From Candidatus Gottesmanbacteria bacterium (GTDB lineage Bacteria; Patescibacteriota; Microgenomatia; 2-02-FULL-39-11), in the NCBI GenBank assembly GCA_016218275.1, contig JACREK010000001.1:1-35458 (forward strand): a DNA stretch of 35,458 nt, written 5' to 3'. The translations under genes were made by a program, and so were the position numbers. How positions within the stretch are numbered: position 1 is the stretch's first letter; every line of letters begins with the position of its first letter. Under the pieces are notes generated by a model that ran no database searches, was not told where the DNA came from, and saw only the letters and a program-made list of their open reading frames with translations. Shown in pieces: positions 18,998 to 27,368 of this stretch.

Positions 18998-19164
18998 TGG
19001 ACTATTTTCTCTTTAAGAAAAAGGATAACTCCGGAAATTTTTTTCTTCCTGGGAATCTTTAATTTTTTAATTTCCAATGGCACTGCTAATTCACGGTCAA
19101 CCGATCGTACCGCCAAAAAAACAGAAATAATAAAAAGTATTATGAATACAACCCCGTTTATCAT
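18931..19164 (-). CDS. Small membrane-anchored hypothetical protein
   Basis: 77 aa with an N-terminal TM segment. Its ATG overlaps the stop of the upstream LCP-like gene (ATGA). Its 3' end overlaps the convergent TPR gene by 67 nt, so the true length is uncertain. Confidence 0.35.
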   Translation of the reverse strand: MINGVVFIILFIISVFLAVRSVDRELAVPLEIKKLKIPRKKKISGVILFLKEKIVHYSSKSASGGLSSSSSSSEFFS

Positions 19165-20132
19165 TTTATAAAACCTTCGCCCAACAATAGTTTAATATCC
19201 ACACTGCTGGCTTCCTTCATATTTGTACCGTCTTCCATCTTACACTGATAATGGTTTACCAGTCTTTTAATCAGTATACCATTTCTTTTATTAAAAACTT
19301 TCACCAAACAGGAAAATTTTTCTGTTTGTTCCGATGTAGTTTTTGCGATTACATTGGCTCCAAGATTTTTTAAAACTCTGCCTACTTGAGTTGCCAGCTT
19401 ATCCACATCAGTTGCATTAACCACTTCCAAACTTACATTTTCAAAGCGAATTATGATATCCTCAAAATCATTTCCTATCACAAAATCAAATATATCGTTG
19501 TCGATTATTTTTACTGTCGTTTGGTCAGCTAATTTATTATCTGTCAAAGCTGTACTTTCGGACATATTTATAAGCTTTATTTTATCGCTTCTTAAATTTT
19601 TTATTTCCTGCCAGATACGATATAAATCCGCCAATGTCAAGTTAGTTTCATATTGACTGCCTTCCCTTAAAAATTTCAAAATAACGCCCGGCAGACTGGT
19701 ATATGAGAAATAATTCTTTTTTATATTCTTAATATCTTCTGAAGAGTTTATGGAAAATTTACTCATTCCCTCTTTTGGGGAAACATAACCGTCTATCATA
19801 ATCCCCAGTGAATTTTCAACACTTCTGGTCAATAAAAAACCGGAACGATGCTTGTTTTCCAGCTTACCTAATCGGAAAATCGATGAGGCTTTATAATCAC
19901 CGTATCCAAAAGGCACTTCCAGAAAAGTATTTGCAGGAATAGTCAAAACAGCCGCTCTATGAGTATTTGGCTCAAGAGATACTACTGTTAGGGGCTCACC
20001 GTTTAGCACAAATGTAAATCTTCCCGCCTCCCTCCATAATCTTCCCTTCCATACCAAAAAGATAGCTGTTATTAACAATAAAAAGATAGCCGCCAAAAAA
20101 AAGATTGCGGCACTTTTTCTCCTACTCCTCAT
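19161..20132 (-). CDS. LytR-CpsA-Psr (LCP)-like envelope protein with LytR_C-like C-terminal domain
   Basis: 323 aa. It has an N-terminal TM anchor, a divergent LCP-like core (LTVVSLEPNTHRAAVLTIPANTFLEVP...SLGIMIDGYV), and a C-terminal LEVVNATDVDKLATQVGRVLKNLG segment. The assignment is tentative. Confidence 0.5.
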   Translation of the reverse strand: MRSRRKSAAIFFLAAIFLLLITAIFLVWKGRLWREAGRFTFVLNGEPLTVVSLEPNTHRAAVLTIPANTFLEVPFGYGDYKASSIFRLGKLENKHRSGFLLTRSVENSLGIMIDGYVSPKEGMSKFSINSSEDIKNIKKNYFSYTSLPGVILKFLREGSQYETNLTLADLYRIWQEIKNLRSDKIKLINMSESTALTDNKLADQTTVKIIDNDIFDFVIGNDFEDIIIRFENVSLEVVNATDVDKLATQVGRVLKNLGANVIAKTTSEQTEKFSCLVKVFNKRNGILIKRLVNHYQCKMEDGTNMKEASSVDIKLLLGEGFIK

Positions 20133-20268
20133 ATTTACCCTTTTTAATGATTTCCACCTTCGGCAAGACGAAGGATTGTTTTTGGGTCATCATTTGGGCT
20201 TTTTTCTCAAGAAGAGCTTTTTTGGCTTTTTTCCGATCACCCTTATAAAAACCTCCAAATTGTCCCAT
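20122..20268 (-). CDS. 48-aa basic small protein (below ORF-track cutoff)
   Basis: ATG at 20268 lies a few nt downstream of GGAGGA (the complement of 20272-20277). Translation: MGQFGGFYKGDRKKAKKALLEKKAQMMTQKQSFVLPKVEIIKKGKYEE. Its stop overlaps the LCP-like start by 11 nt. Confidence 0.5.
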   Translation of the reverse strand: MGQFGGFYKGDRKKAKKALLEKKAQMMTQKQSFVLPKVEIIKKGKYEE

Positions 20269-20299
20269 ATTCCTCCTTTCGTTCCTCAAGGTAAACCTT

Positions 20300-22030
20300 T
20301 CAGTCCAAACCTTGATATACTCTCAAACTTCTCAGTTTATTCTCAATCACAGTAGTATCAAAAAATAATAAATGAAGCAATTCTTTGGTCATGGATACGG
20401 CGGCTTCAAATTCCGGCTGCACCACGCTGTCCACTCCCAGACTCTTTAATTTTTTTTGGTCTTCGTCAAAATGAGTCCGGCAGATTATCCTGATGTTGGG
20501 ATTAAGACTTAAAACATTCAGCACTACGGTTTCCTGGGTATGCCTGTCTGCGTATGCTAATATAACCGCCTTTGCCTGTTTTATTTTGGTAAATTCCAAG
20601 ACGTCTATTTCGGCAGGATCACCATAGATTACATTCACCCCCGAAAGTCGAAGAGATTTCACCAATTTATGATTATAATCAACTACTACATAGGGAATCT
20701 GGACAATGGAGAGAGCCCGGCAGATATATTTTCCTACTCGCCCGTGTCCCAAAACAACCACGTGATTGGAAAGGTCTATATCCGAAATCTGGGATGCGGG
20801 ATGAAATTTTGACAAAAAATTTGTCAGAAATCTGAATCTTTTCTTAAATATCTGATTTAATCTGTAATAAATCTTATCGCTGACTGTCAGAATCGGAACG
20901 GAAATGATAAGCGAGATGAATGAAACAGAGAGAATTGTCATATAAACTTTATCATCGATAAGACGGGAAGTTAAACCAAGCACGGCGATTATAAAAGCAA
21001 ATTCACCTACAGAAATCAGGGAAAAACCGGAAAGCACTGCGGTTTTGGGATGATAACCCAAAAGAAAAACCAAAGCTGCAGAAATAATAAATTTTAAAAG
21101 TACTACTACTACTACTAATCCCAAAATATTCATCCCTTGGGAAAATATAAAAAGCGGATTGAGTATAAATCCCAAAGAAACAAAAAATACGGATGAGAAA
21201 AGATCTCTTAAAGGTCTGACTTCGGCAAAAATACCGTGATGAGTCGAGGAAGACGAGAGAATGATTCCTGCCACAAAAGCGCCCAAAGGGAAAGACAATC
21301 CCAAAAATTGAAACAAATAAGCAAAAACTAGACAAAAAACTACAGCTGCCAAAAGGAGAAGTTCACGGCTCTTCAAATCGGCAATTTTCTCAAGGATAAA
21401 AGGCAGCGTTTTTTTTCCCAGAAAAATTACCAGCATAAAAGATGTAAAAGCAAAGAATATGCTTTTTGAAAAAAGAAATATGTTGCCTATCCCACTCCCT
21501 TCCCCTTTCAAAATAAGTCCCACGGTCGGCAAAATTATGATAAGCGGCAATGTATATAAATCCTGCATGAATAACCAACCGGAAGCAATCTCTCCGTGCA
21601 AAGTCTCAAGTTCTCCCTTATCCGATAAAGTCTTTAAGGCAACAGCCGTTGATGACAGGGAAAAGACGCAACCCAAAAACAGTGCCGTATAAAAATCAAT
21701 TCCCATAAGAGGGAAAATAATTATAAAAACGATTATTGTCAAAAGAACCTGAATTAAAGATCCGAATATGACCACCTCACCCAAATCTTTTAACTTAGTC
21801 AAAGAAAATTCCAGTCCCAAAGTAAAAAGGAGCAGAACTACTCCAATTTCGGCAATACTTCTTATGGTTTCGGCAATGGCAAAATAGTAAGATATGAAAT
21901 TACCAAAAATTACTCCGCCCAAAAGATAGCCCACCAAAATCGGCAATTTAAATCTTTTCGCAATCACTCCACCGACAAAGGCTGTCAGAAGTACAATAAC
22001 TAAATTACGAGCAAAAATAAAATCAGACAT
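20300..22030 (-). CDS. Kef-type (CPA2) cation:proton antiporter with C-terminal TrkA-N/RCK domain
   Basis: About 12 TM segments followed by a Rossmann motif, VVVLGHGRVGKYICRAL. The track start at 22039 is a TTG inside a repeat, so ATG 22030 (MSDFIFARN) is preferred. Confidence 0.8.
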   Translation of the reverse strand: MSDFIFARNLVIVLLTAFVGGVIAKRFKLPILVGYLLGGVIFGNFISYYFAIAETIRSIAEIGVVLLLFTLGLEFSLTKLKDLGEVVIFGSLIQVLLTIIVFIIIFPLMGIDFYTALFLGCVFSLSSTAVALKTLSDKGELETLHGEIASGWLFMQDLYTLPLIIILPTVGLILKGEGSGIGNIFLFSKSIFFAFTSFMLVIFLGKKTLPFILEKIADLKSRELLLLAAVVFCLVFAYLFQFLGLSFPLGAFVAGIILSSSSTHHGIFAEVRPLRDLFSSVFFVSLGFILNPLFIFSQGMNILGLVVVVVLLKFIISAALVFLLGYHPKTAVLSGFSLISVGEFAFIIAVLGLTSRLIDDKVYMTILSVSFISLIISVPILTVSDKIYYRLNQIFKKRFRFLTNFLSKFHPASQISDIDLSNHVVVLGHGRVGKYICRALSIVQIPYVVVDYNHKLVKSLRLSGVNVIYGDPAEIDVLEFTKIKQAKAVILAYADRHTQETVVLNVLSLNPNIRIICRTHFDEDQKKLKSLGVDSVVQPEFEAAVSMTKELLHLLFFDTTVIENKLRSLRVYQGLD

Positions 22031-22034
22031 AAGA

Positions 22035-22138
22035 ATCAATTATTCAATTATCCAATTATCAAATTATCCAATTCTCAAATAATCAAATATTACTTATTGG
22101 ATAATTTGTTGATTTGAGAATTTGTTGATTGGATAATT
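22035..22138. repeat. ATTATCCAAT-family palindromic element, copy B (complete)
   Basis: The left arm is AATTATCCAATTATCAAATTATCCAATTCTCAAATAATCAAATATT. The right arm contains the 41-mer TGGATAATTTGTTGATTTGAGAATTTGTTGATTGGATAATT (22098-22138), identical to 23111-23151 and 31189-31229. Confidence 0.9.
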
Positions 22139-22940
22139 CATTTCTTTCTAACCCATCTAATACTTTTTTTAATTCCACTGGTAATTTACTCTTTACCTCA
22201 ATTTCTTTTTCAGATACCGGATGTTTAAACTTAAGATAACTTGCATGTAAAAATAGTCTCGGGCAAAAAATTTTATCCTCCCTGTATACTTTTCTGCCGG
22301 CATAAAACATATCCGAAACGATACTGTGCCCTAAGTATTTTAAGTGTACCCTTATTTGATGTGTCCGTCCAGTTGCGGGAGTTACCTCCAGAAGGGAAAA
22401 TGTGTCATTGCGATCCCGTGCAACGGGAGAAGCAATCTTTACAGATTCATATAGATCGCCACGCAACGCTTGCGATGACAAAGGGATAAACTTATAGTAA
22501 GCAATAACCTTATATTTTGTAGTTGCTTCTTTTCCTGCCGGCAGAATCCCAAATCTTTCCCTATTCCATGGTAATCGGCCTATATTTGCTCTTACTTCAC
22601 CCGCTGGGGGTTTGACATCTCCGTGCACCAAAGCGGTATATTTTTTGCTGATTTTTCTGTCTTTAAACTGGGTTTGAAGATTGAAAAAGGCTTGGGGGGT
22701 TTTGGCGATTATCAGAAGTCCGGATGTTTCCTTGTCGAGCCGATGAACAATTCCCGCTCTTTTATAAAAATCACTTTCTTCATCAATTTTTAATTTTTCA
22801 TTTTTAATTTTTAATTTTTCATCCGCCCAATCTTGAATTGTTTCACCAATTACAGATTCGGCCTTATTTACTACAACTTGGGCAGGCTTATTTATTACTA
22901 AAAGTGTTTCATCTTCAAAGACGATGGGGATATCCAGCAT
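22083..22940 (-). CDS. RluA-family pseudouridine synthase with an in-frame repeat insert and a repeat-encoded C-terminal tail
   Basis: Catalytic motif HRLDKETSGLLIIAK and TGRTHQIRVHL. The last roughly 18 aa (NELSNQQILKSTNYPISNI) are read from element B. Confidence 0.85.
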   Translation of the reverse strand: MLDIPIVFEDETLLVINKPAQVVVNKAESVIGETIQDWADEKLKIKNEKLKIDEESDFYKRAGIVHRLDKETSGLLIIAKTPQAFFNLQTQFKDRKISKKYTALVHGDVKPPAGEVRANIGRLPWNRERFGILPAGKEATTKYKVIAYYKFIPLSSQALRGDLYESVKIASPVARDRNDTFSLLEVTPATGRTHQIRVHLKYLGHSIVSDMFYAGRKVYREDKIFCPRLFLHASYLKFKHPVSEKEIEVKSKLPVELKKVLDGLERNELSNQQILKSTNYPISNI

Positions 22941-23153
22941 AAATTATCTAATTATCCAATTCTCAAATAATCCAATAATCAAATATTTTTGATTGGAACC
23001 TATCTCAAAACCTCGAAAAACTATATTGTTCGAACGTAGTGAGAACTTCTCGCTGGAGTTTATCCCGAGCGAAGTCGAGGGACTCGAAGAATAGGTTTTG
23101 AGATGACTTCTGGATAATTTGTTGATTTGAGAATTTGTTGATTGGATAATTAT
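22941..23153. repeat. ATTATCCAAT-family element, copy C/D, split by an inserted second element
   Basis: The left arm is 22941-22997 and the right arm is 23111-23153. See the mobile_element 22998-23110. Confidence 0.85.
22998..23110. mobile_element. 113-bp MITE-like insertion with 12-bp terminal-proximal inverted repeats and a TGGA target-site duplication
   Basis: ATCTCAAAACCT (23002-23013) pairs with AGGTTTTGAGAT (23093-23104). TGGA at 22994-22997 and 23111-23114 flanks the insert, whereas intact copies read GATTGGATAA. The interior carries TATCCCGAGCGAAGTCGAGGGAC. Confidence 0.7.
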
Positions 23154-23512
23154 CTCTTCTCCCTCTTCCTTTCACAGGAAACGCAGTACAATGCGGTGGG
23201 TTTGACGGCAAGTCTGTCTGTATCAATCATATTTTTGCAGGACATACATTTGCCGTAAGTGCCTTTTTTTATCCTCTCCAAAGCGATCTTGATCTCCTCC
23301 ATATGCAGTCTCAACTCTCTTTCCAGAGCCTCCATTCTCTCATGAGAAATCTCTTCTTTAGCATCGGTGTCAGAAGCAGCATTATCATTTAACCTGTCCG
23401 GATCGGAAAACGGATCCTGTGATTTAAGCGAGGATATATTCACCGTTATCCTGTCTTTCTCTTTTGTCAGATGATCCGCAATCTTTTTCAATACATTTAA
23501 TGGAAATCTCAT
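23150..23512 (-). CDS. DksA/TraR-family C4 zinc-finger protein
   Basis: 120 aa: a coiled-coil region, then CMSC...(17 aa)...CVSC. Confidence 0.8.
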   Translation of the reverse strand: MRFPLNVLKKIADHLTKEKDRITVNISSLKSQDPFSDPDRLNDNAASDTDAKEEISHERMEALERELRLHMEEIKIALERIKKGTYGKCMSCKNMIDTDRLAVKPTALYCVSCERKREKR

Positions 23513-24267
23513 AGTTTTGCCTGTCTGATTATTTTAATTCGCCTCCATAAAGGAACCGCAACGGAAATCAAAATAATCAATGCGCCTAATTGTCTAAGGC
23601 TGAATATATATAAGTATATCGGGTAGACCTTTAAAAATTCAAGAAGGAAAATGATTATTGAGAGAATTGCGGCAAAAAAAAGACAGACTATCCCTTGGGG
23701 CCATTTCTTCCGTTTAACTTTTCCCCAAACCCATTGGAGAAAACAGAAAAGAAGAAAAATAAGTATTGCTTCATATAATTCCACCGGATGATAACGGCCT
23801 GTTTGGCCGATAATTCTTACCCCCAGTATAAAATTGGTTTCTTTTCCGAAACTTGCCCCTCCGAGTTGCTCCCCTATCTTTGCCAATCCCAATGCAAGAC
23901 TTGCCGAAAGAGCAAAAAGATCGGAAAGATGGTAAAAATCATATTTCTTCTTCCGGGCATACCAGTAAAGAAAAATAAACCCTCCCAAAAGTCCTCCTAT
24001 CAGAGATATTCCCGGAGTCTCCCGCACTACTATATATTTAAGAAAATTTGCCCCGAACTGGGGAAAATGGAGAAATATATATACAAATCTGGCCGAAATA
24101 AGAGCAACAATACTTGTGTATAAAAAAGTATCAATATATTCCTCTTCCTTCAGCTCTTCCCTTCCCTCTCTCCAAATCAAAAAAGTTGAAAAAAGAAAAG
24201 CGATACTTAAGAATATTCCGAATGAATAGACATTAAAAGGCCCGATGGTAAAAAGTATAGGTAACAT
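23509..24267 (-). CDS. lgt: Prolipoprotein diacylglyceryl transferase
   Basis: Polytopic protein. It has the N-terminal pattern FNVYSFGIFLSIAF and a YHPVELYEAIL motif. The track start at 24315 is a TTG inside repeat E, so ATG 24267 (MLPILFTIG) is preferred. Confidence 0.75.
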   Translation of the reverse strand: MLPILFTIGPFNVYSFGIFLSIAFLFSTFLIWREGREELKEEEYIDTFLYTSIVALISARFVYIFLHFPQFGANFLKYIVVRETPGISLIGGLLGGFIFLYWYARKKKYDFYHLSDLFALSASLALGLAKIGEQLGGASFGKETNFILGVRIIGQTGRYHPVELYEAILIFLLFCFLQWVWGKVKRKKWPQGIVCLFFAAILSIIIFLLEFLKVYPIYLYIFSLRQLGALIILISVAVPLWRRIKIIRQAKL

Positions 24268-24280
24268 AATATTAAATAAA

Positions 24281-24368
24281 CCAATTATCCAATTCTCAAA
24301 TAATCCAATAATCAAATATTTTTAATTTGAGAATTTGTTGATTTGAGAATTTGTTGATTGGATAATTT
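24281..24368. repeat. ATTATCCAAT-family palindromic element, copy E
   Basis: It shares the 28-mer GATTTGAGAATTTGTTGATTGGATAATT with copies B, D and G. It contains the MFS stop codon (24312). Confidence 0.85.
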
Positions 24369-25601
24369 AATAATATTATTTGCTCTTCGTCTTTGCAAGT
24401 AATGATATGCCCCTATTATCAACACTACAAAACCAATAATCGCTAGTGTCTTCCCTACTCCAATTACATCAGCCAAAAGTCCAGAAAACAAAACCGGTAA
24501 AAGAGAAACTCCTCCAGTAAGTGAAGTCAGTACTCCGTAAACTCTTCCGCGCATATCACTTTTTGAATCTTCCTGAAGGATTGTATTTGCCGGAACACTG
24601 ATGAAAGAGTTAGATACCCCGAGCAAAAAAAGCAAAATAATGACAGCCAGAAAGTTATTTCCCTGACTTAATCTTGTAGCCAGAGACAACAGCAACAGAA
24701 CTACAGCGGAAATACTGATGCCTGACAGTATAATTGACCCTTTCAGAAACTTAATGCCGAATCCCCCTATCCACACTGCACCGATAATTAAACCTACCGC
24801 GGCAGGCCCCATCACCAGATATGATGCTTCAGTCAGGGCAATTCTTAGAACTTTATCCGCAAATCCCGGAGCAAGTACAGCTAAGGTAGAGATAAGTGCC
24901 TGGGAAAAAGTCACCAGAATCAGGCTTTGGGTAATACGCTCGTTGGATTTTATAAAGAGCAGTCCATCCTCAACAGTCTTACCGATGAAATTTAAATTCA
25001 TATGAATATCCAGATTTCTTTTTTTTGGTTTAATCGGAGGCACTAAATAAACAAAATATGTCGCCAGAAGCATTATAAAAGTCATTATCAGATACACGTT
25101 GCGGAAGCCAAAAATATTAAGCATAGGTCCGGAAAGTATAAAACCGGTAATTGTGGAAAGATAAAAACTGACGGTAAAAAGAGAATTAGCGGTCAGAATA
25201 TCGGAAGGCTCAACCAGAATAGGGATAGACGGGGCTTCCGCCGGCACAAATAATTGGGTAACAATTGATATTATTATAATCAGCGCATAAATGGCCAGAA
25301 GATTTGATTGTAAGAAAAATAAAGCCAGAAAGATTAAGACCCGAAAGATATTACAGAAAATAAGCACCAGCCGTTTGTCGAAAAAATCAACCAATCCTCC
25401 CGCAAGAATTCCAAACATAATTGAGGGGATTCCGAATGCCAAAAGCATCAGCGAAACTGCGGTGTTGGAGTGCGTTTGTTGATAAACGCGAATCGCCAGA
25501 ACAAATATCAGCATGTTGAGTGCTATTTGAGAGCTAATTTGTCCCAGCCAAAGATTGCGAAACTTAGGATTTTTTACAACTGCAAGATAAGAACTAATCA
25601 T
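24312..25601 (-). CDS. MFS transporter
   Basis: 429 aa with about 12 TM segments. The C-terminal tail KLSNQQILKSTNSQIKNI is read from repeat E. Confidence 0.8.
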   Translation of the reverse strand: MISSYLAVVKNPKFRNLWLGQISSQIALNMLIFVLAIRVYQQTHSNTAVSLMLLAFGIPSIMFGILAGGLVDFFDKRLVLIFCNIFRVLIFLALFFLQSNLLAIYALIIIISIVTQLFVPAEAPSIPILVEPSDILTANSLFTVSFYLSTITGFILSGPMLNIFGFRNVYLIMTFIMLLATYFVYLVPPIKPKKRNLDIHMNLNFIGKTVEDGLLFIKSNERITQSLILVTFSQALISTLAVLAPGFADKVLRIALTEASYLVMGPAAVGLIIGAVWIGGFGIKFLKGSIILSGISISAVVLLLLSLATRLSQGNNFLAVIILLFLLGVSNSFISVPANTILQEDSKSDMRGRVYGVLTSLTGGVSLLPVLFSGLLADVIGVGKTLAIIGFVVLIIGAYHYLQRRRANNIIKLSNQQILKSTNSQIKNI

Positions 25602-25612
25602 CGATGGTGAAT

Positions 25613-25647
25613 AAATCCCTCTCCGCCAGCTGGCGGATCGGGATGAA
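25613..25647 (-). promoter_or_regulatory. 35-nt stem-loop module immediately upstream of the MFS start (exact copy of 31958-31992)
   Basis: Read on the minus strand: TTCATCCCGATCCGCCAGCTGGCGGAGAGGGATTT. It contains the 14-nt perfect palindrome CCGCCAGCTGGCGG and lies 11 nt upstream of the ATG. Confidence 0.6.
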
Positions 25648-25670
25648 GCTGGGGCATAATTGCCCCATCT

Positions 25671-27167
25671 TCATTTGTTTAATAAGTAGTGAAGCAATAA
25701 TCTGACGCCAAAACCAACTCCACCTTGCGGTGCCAAAGCCGTATCTTTTTCAGCATAAGCCGGGCCGGCTATATCCAAGTGCATCCACGGCGTACTACCG
25801 ACAAATTCTGACAGAAACAGCGCCCCGGTAATTGCTCCGCCATATTTACCGGTTTGTATATTTTTTATATCGGCAATATGACTTTTCAAAAGCTCTTTAT
25901 ATTCTTCCTCAAGCGGCATCCGCCAAATTTTCTCGCAGGTTTCTTTCGCGCTTCTCTCCAAATCCTGCATCATTTTTTCATCGTTTCCCCAAAGTCCGGC
26001 TATTTCCTGACCCAAAGCCACCATACATGCGCCAGTGAGAGTAGCAATATCAATAATTTCGTCCGGCTTTTCCTTCATATTGGCAAAAGATATTGCATCA
26101 GCCAAGGTCAACCTTCCTTCCGCATCTGTATTCAATACTTCAATTGTTTTTCCATTCATGGCAGAAAGTATATCGCCGGGCTTTAAAGCATTCCCTGCCG
26201 GCATATTCTCGCAGGCGGCAATCAGTCCTACCACTTCAACTTTTGGATGCAAAGAAGGAAGTGCCTGAAAAATGGACAGTACGCTGGCGGCACCGGACAT
26301 ATCAAGTTTCATCGTTTCCATAAATTCCGCCGTTTTTATGGATAAACCTCCGGTATCAAAAGTTATCCCTTTCCCTATCAGAACAATCTTTTTCTTAGGG
26401 AGAGCGGGGCGATAAGAAAGTCTGATGAATTTCGGCGGTTTGACGCTGCCTTTTGCCACTCCCAAAAATGATCCCATCCCAAGTTTTTCTATCTCCTCTT
26501 TTTCCCAGACTTTTACCTTGATGCTTCCTTTTGAAGCTTTTGCGATATCTAAAGCTGTTTCTGCAAGAAATGAAGGATGGGTCACTTCACCGGGTTCATT
26601 TATCAAATCGCGGGCAAAGGAAACGCTTGCGGAAATGATTTCACCTATCTGTAAACCTTCTTCGGCAGCGGAAAGTTTTCCCGCGGAAAGAAGCAAGTCA
26701 ACCTCTTCCACTATCCTTGTTTTTTTCTTTTCTTCCTCGCTTTTATATTTGAGAAATTGGTATAAAGAAGCAGATACCGCCTCAACAACTGCTTGTACTG
26801 TTTTTGGGGTAGAAAATTTCTTTAACCATTCCGAAGGCAGTACTATGGCGATTTTTGCCGGTTTTCCCTCTCTTGATTTTTTCACCGCGGAAGCAATTGC
26901 TGTATATAAGTGATACGAATCGAATTTTTCCCGCTTTCCCAAACCAACCAGCAGGAATTTATAAGCGGAAATGATGCCTCTGGTTGAAAGTAAAAGAAGC
27001 TGGTCACTTTTGCCTTCAAAATCTTCCCTTGCGGCTCCCTCTTTCACTTCTTCTGATAATTCCTTACTGATATCTGAAGTTTCAGATAAATCTTTTTCCC
27101 AACAAAAACTGATTAAGATATCAGCTTCTATTTTGGAAGGATCGGTGGGCTTTAATAAGAACTTCAT
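25671..27167 (-). CDS. pepA: Leucyl aminopeptidase (M17)
   Basis: 498 aa. Motifs: VLNTDAEGRLTLADA, GKGITFDTGG, and a typical M17 C-terminal catalytic domain. Confidence 0.9.
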   Translation of the reverse strand: MKFLLKPTDPSKIEADILISFCWEKDLSETSDISKELSEEVKEGAAREDFEGKSDQLLLLSTRGIISAYKFLLVGLGKREKFDSYHLYTAIASAVKKSREGKPAKIAIVLPSEWLKKFSTPKTVQAVVEAVSASLYQFLKYKSEEEKKKTRIVEEVDLLLSAGKLSAAEEGLQIGEIISASVSFARDLINEPGEVTHPSFLAETALDIAKASKGSIKVKVWEKEEIEKLGMGSFLGVAKGSVKPPKFIRLSYRPALPKKKIVLIGKGITFDTGGLSIKTAEFMETMKLDMSGAASVLSIFQALPSLHPKVEVVGLIAACENMPAGNALKPGDILSAMNGKTIEVLNTDAEGRLTLADAISFANMKEKPDEIIDIATLTGACMVALGQEIAGLWGNDEKMMQDLERSAKETCEKIWRMPLEEEYKELLKSHIADIKNIQTGKYGGAITGALFLSEFVGSTPWMHLDIAGPAYAEKDTALAPQGGVGFGVRLLLHYLLNK

Positions 27168-27169
27168 AA

Positions 27170-27259
27170 TTAATCAACTAATTATCCAATCAACAAATTC
27201 TCAAATTAACAAATACAATATTATTGGATTATTGGTATTTATTGGATAATTGGATAATT
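27170..27259. repeat. ATTATCCAAT-family palindromic element, copy F (divergent)
   Basis: AATTATCCAATCAACAAATTCTCAAATTAACAAATACAATATTATTGGATTATTGGTATTTATTGGATAATTGGATAATT. Confidence 0.8.
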
Positions 27260-27266
27260 CTTTAGT

Positions 27267-27295
27267 TTGACTATTCAAGTTTAACAAAATATAAT
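27267..27295 (+). promoter_or_regulatory. Near-consensus sigma70 promoter driving the tRNA locus
   Basis: TTGACT (27267-27272), an exactly 17-nt spacer, then TATAAT (27290-27295). Confidence 0.7.
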
Positions 27296-27368
27296 CGGAA
27301 CAGTCAATTGGTAGAGTTTAGTAGAGTTTATTCTGAGAGTTTACTCTGAGCAGCTTAAGCTGCGAAGA

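Noticed and set aside
24268-24315. N-terminal extensions in the ORF track (lgt to 24315, dnaB to 31154, antiporter to 22039, 31935-32000, 18233-18280, 4778-4798)
   Set aside because: The extensions start at TTG codons or read through repeat elements or promoters. Internal ATGs give canonical N-termini.
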